A DNA stretch of 64,000 bases from a virus. Every line of letters starts with the position of its first letter. Position 1 is the stretch's first letter. The stretch is from IMG/VR virus record IMGVR_UViG_3300027870_000001, positions 22,792 through 86,791 of that record. One strand, 5' to 3'. Below, in pieces: positions 61,701 through 64,000 of this stretch. The notes under the pieces are model-generated. The model had not been told where the DNA came from, made no database searches, and worked only from the letters and a program-made list of their open reading frames with translations. The position numbers were made by a program, and so were the translations under genes.

Positions 61701-62747
61701 CTGCCGGGCATGGTCGGCCGAGGACTGGTCCGGGTCGTGTCGGCCATCGCGACGTGGGCGGGGCAGGCCGGCGGCAAGATCGTCGCCGCCGTGGCGGTGC
61801 TGGGCCCGAAGCTCCTCGGGTTCATCGGCAACGCGATCGCTGCGGCCCCCGGGCTGATGGTCCGGTTCGTCGGTGAGGTCCTCAAGAACGTGGTGACCAT
61901 GCCGTTCAAGCTCACCGCCGCTTTGATCGGGGTGACGGCGGCGCTGCTCAAGGGGATCGTCGACGCCGCGATCCAGGCGCCCGGGAAGTTCATCACCCTC
62001 GTGACGGCCATCGTGTCCGGGGTGCGTGGCATCGGCCGGGCCGTGGGGCGCGCGGCCGTCGGGATCTTCTCCGGGGTGTGGGGTGAGGCCAAGAAGCTCC
62101 CCGGTCAGGTCGCCGGGTTCCTGCTGGAGCTGCCGGGCAAGATCGTGAAGCTCGGAGACGAGTTCTTCACCGCGGCGGTCGGGCTGGGCAAGACCATCAT
62201 CGACGGGCTCCTCGCTGGGCTCGGCGGCGCGGGGAAGGCGATCGGTAGCTTGGCCACCTCGATGGGCAAGGTCATCGGTGATCTCGGCAAGAAGATGATC
62301 AACGGGGTGATCGACGCCTTGAACGATCTGCTCCCCGATCACATCGGGAAGATCGTGGTCGCGGGGCGCACGATCTTCGGTGGGCTCGACCTGCCGAAGG
62401 ACCCGATCCCCCGACTCAAGCTGGCGAAGGGCGGCATCGTTCCGCAAACGCCCGGAGGAGTGCCCTCCGTGCTCGGAGACGGCCGCACGGACGAGGCTGC
62501 TATCCCGCTGCCACCGGGGGTCCTGGAGGGGCTCAAGGCGATTGGGGAAGGCAAGCTCGGTGGAGGCGACGGGATCCACGTCGGCCAGCTCATCCTCGTC
62601 GGCAAGACCACCGCCCAATCCGGGATCGACGTCCTCCAGGCCGCGAAGAAGCGCAAGCACCTCGACAGCGGCACCCGCCGCCGCCCCGGGCTTGAATGGA
62701 CCACGTTCGGAGACGGCTCCCAGGGTTGGAAGAAGACCGCATCGTGA
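58755..62747 (+). CDS. Tape measure protein (1330 aa)
   Basis: VGSTAVEIRAN N-terminus, LAVKLFGKTG, long amphipathic Ala/Leu/Pro repeats, IPRLKLAKGGIV. Confidence 0.92.
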   Translation: MSDEIVGSTAVEIRANFTKFDADLTKGADAAAAKAGASVAKKLGSGISSGLSKVGSKITNGLKGPLSKVSGMFSKTGRDAQAGLNKINTNKAQGALGKLGISVKGLLVSFGALFAAKAIFNWAKSTVSTFRTVGAEVLKLSRITGTNVETASKLRFIAQQSGIDAGKLSKSFVLLSKNISSGAVAKLGIDLKGANGKMLPLDATLSKLADKFAKLPDGVAKNTLAVKLFGKTGTDLIPLLNKGSAGIEELKKKAQELGIVLTEDDAKALKEATKNQRLWQASLEALKVRIGRDVLPIANSLTTGLIATLGPILGGITKPLASAFSSAFLAVGPLLSGLGPLIGQILTVVATAFSGIATAAQPLLKILSDIAGIIVNVLGPPLGTLGGVVRGVANAFKLAFAGFGAGVGPLKLLAAAMKPVAGFLQQLVDKIGHALGAAINVVGPAIGEFVAGLIFAARTVLPPLITGIAALIQGLAPLLPIIAKVATLILGVLSSAITDLATAFAKVLPSITIVATTLANAFVGAIGKLVPLIVKLGPLFIQSFAAILKAVVPAIGVVAKALLSVAPLFNVIVSAVGGILTSLQPIFPKIVALVTTLAKALSGALVKVLPVLADGLGKLLTALAPLIPAAAQIAVAMQGALVGALVGLVKVLAPILPLVIKVAVTLGGALAKAFQMIAPLISEVAKILIGGISKILPPLIKAFLGLVSAVTPLIPIVVQVVSVVGKALLTAFVKIVDAVAPFLPIVTELAKILGGVLGAALQAMAPILAKIAGVFAGVLSKILPIVAKALLSVVKAIEPLLDPKIIASLVAVANPFLTLFEVLGPVLPVVGKLAGILVGALGGALSTILPVIVKLVRAFAVGLAPALPQLSDALVQIADSLVQVLQAVIPILPPIIKLAALLLEKIGVPLIIVLAKAFVVLAVALAKVATVLTTVIGWAAKLVSAFTHLNFAKIAADIGNAFLAIGRFFQGAPAKIGSFLTGLPGMVGRGLVRVVSAIATWAGQAGGKIVAAVAVLGPKLLGFIGNAIAAAPGLMVRFVGEVLKNVVTMPFKLTAALIGVTAALLKGIVDAAIQAPGKFITLVTAIVSGVRGIGRAVGRAAVGIFSGVWGEAKKLPGQVAGFLLELPGKIVKLGDEFFTAAVGLGKTIIDGLLAGLGGAGKAIGSLATSMGKVIGDLGKKMINGVIDALNDLLPDHIGKIVVAGRTIFGGLDLPKDPIPRLKLAKGGIVPQTPGGVPSVLGDGRTDEAAIPLPPGVLEGLKAIGEGKLGGGDGIHVGQLILVGKTTAQSGIDVLQAAKKRKHLDSGTRRRPGLEWTTFGDGSQGWKKTAS

Positions 62748-63220
62748 CGACCTGCGTACGGATCAACGTCGAGTCGACCCTGATCGACGGTGCCCTCACC
62801 GTGAACGGCCTCGTCCTCCACTGCCCGGCGTTCTGCGTCGTCGACGTCACCGACCTGTGGCTCGGCCCCGGGCTCCGCGGTGAGGATCTCCTCATCCCCG
62901 GCCGACAAGGGCGAGTCCCGAAGCCAAAGCGCCGCGACGTCACCGAACGGTCGCTCCCGATGGTCATCGACGGATCCGTCGCCATCGACGGCACCCCGTA
63001 CACCAACGACCGGGCCGGGCTCCGAGCGACCCTGTTCTACCTGCGCGCCAACCTCGGGGAAGGAATGCCGGTCACCGCGTCCCTGTCGCCGCCGCCTGGT
63101 ACCGCCGGCCCTGGCCAGTCCGGGACGGTGCACGTCATGTCGATCACCCCCGGCCAGAAGACCGGCAGCCTCTGGAACGCGACCCTCGACCTGTCGATCC
63201 CGAACGGCGCCCTGTACTGA
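62744..63220 (+). CDS. Minor tail protein (distal-tail-like)
   Basis: Follows tape measure; LRGEDLLIPGRQG motif. Confidence 0.65.
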   Translation: MTTCVRINVESTLIDGALTVNGLVLHCPAFCVVDVTDLWLGPGLRGEDLLIPGRQGRVPKPKRRDVTERSLPMVIDGSVAIDGTPYTNDRAGLRATLFYLRANLGEGMPVTASLSPPPGTAGPGQSGTVHVMSITPGQKTGSLWNATLDLSIPNGALY

Positions 63221-63221
63221 T

Positions 63222-64000
63222 ATGGCTGTAGCCAACCCAGCCAACGTCGTCGACGACGAGAGCCCAGCCAGTGCCCTCGGCTACAAGCCGAAGTGGTACC
63301 TCTGGAACGACGGCAACGACCACACGTACACCCACCTCGACGAGGACGCAACGGTTCGGATCGTGCTGTGGGGCGGTGCGGCGCTCCCCGCGTGGTCCGG
63401 CCGTGAGGTGCTCTCGTCGTTCTACGCCCAAGCCCACCACAACAACGGCCCCGCTGGGTCCCGGCCACAAAACGGGGTCGAGTCCGGTGGCGCCACCGTC
63501 TACCGGGTAGCCATGAAGACCGGTGAGCGGCTCCGCATCCAACTGGGGGGCCGCCCCACGGTCACCGGGTCACCCTTCGCTTCCTGGGCGAACAGCGGCG
63601 ACATGGACGACTGGCGGCTCGGGCGCATCGTTCACGGCGGCCACGGCGGCGGAGGCATCGGCAGCGGAGGCCACGGCATCTCCCCTGACGAGGCCGCCTT
63701 CGTGTTCGGGCCGCTGTTCGCCGACGACGAAGGTCTCGGCTTCGGTATTCTGCGCCCACCAGACCTGGTCAAGCGGCTCCCATGGCACTCCGCCGGAGGC
63801 GGGGGCGCTACCCGGGTGCTGCACCGTCCGGTCGATGGGGTCGAGCAGGTCATCATCGTGGAACCCGGTGAGGGTGCCCCGTCGCTCAGTTTGTTTTCCT
63901 ACGCCCAGGGCTACGACGGGGACCAACCTGACTTCGCCACTCCGGTCCGCGGCGGCGGACACATCGCACGATTGCGAGACAGCCCGCCATCGCGAGGAGG
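63222..64000 (+). CDS. Minor tail protein, truncated at window end (absent from ORF track)
   Basis: ATG at 63222 (MAVANPANVVDDESP...) just after the upstream stop; Gly-rich; no stop noticed before window end. Confidence 0.55.
   Translation, partial: MAVANPANVVDDESPASALGYKPKWYLWNDGNDHTYTHLDEDATVRIVLWGGAALPAWSGREVLSSFYAQAHHNNGPAGSRPQNGVESGGATVYRVAMKTGERLRIQLGGRPTVTGSPFASWANSGDMDDWRLGRIVHGGHGGGGIGSGGHGISPDEAAFVFGPLFADDEGLGFGILRPPDLVKRLPWHSAGGGGATRVLHRPVDGVEQVIIVEPGEGAPSLSLFSYAQGYDGDQPDFATPVRGGGHIARLRDSPPSRG

Noticed and set aside
58314-62660. Very long minus-strand ORFs (also 51179-52942, 33835-36291, 40159-42414, 48693-51182, 810-2564)
   Set aside because: Antisense shadows of real + strand genes in high-GC DNA; no motifs, promoters or RBS
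1-64000. Diversity-generating retroelement, retron, integrase/attP
   Set aside because: No reverse transcriptase or recombinase motifs and no TR/VR pair seen in this window

Overview
A high-GC (about 70%) tailed phage genome segment, almost certainly with an actinobacterial host. Nearly all genes are on the + strand; the only credible - strand gene is a lipoprotein/transglycosylase-like ORF at 19567-20136. The virion genes resemble those of mycobacteriophage cluster B/Rosebush (separate capsid hexamer and pentamer proteins, major tail, adaptor, frameshifted tail chaperone, 1330-aa tape measure). The module is broken up: terminase is at 5-8.7 kb, the pentamer-like gene at 40.9 kb, a decoration-like gene at 43.3 kb, and hexamer plus tail from 51 kb. 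About 45 kb of small accessory genes lie in between. The large terminase carries a class-3-type intein with LAGLIDADG motifs that begins with Glu. The most striking structure is a promoter-like repeat, TTGnnn..ACTGTC-N10/11-TACAGT, present in about 21 copies. It partitions the accessory region into cassettes and sits 6-8 nt upstream of start codons, implying leaderless mRNAs. Three copies are followed not by a credible ORF but by highly structured putative non-coding RNAs (about 19392-19486, 31918-32030 and 36197-36669), each beginning at the predicted +1 with a paired 5' end and ending in a terminator-like hairpin. Several probable DNA-modification genes are dispersed through the window: a PAPS-reductase/ParB pair, a TGT/DpdA-like protein, DUF5131 plus a methyltransferase, and DUF1643. 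No portal, protease, lysin, polymerase, integrase, tRNA or CRISPR array was recognised. All functional calls are from motif recognition by eye; no searches were run.
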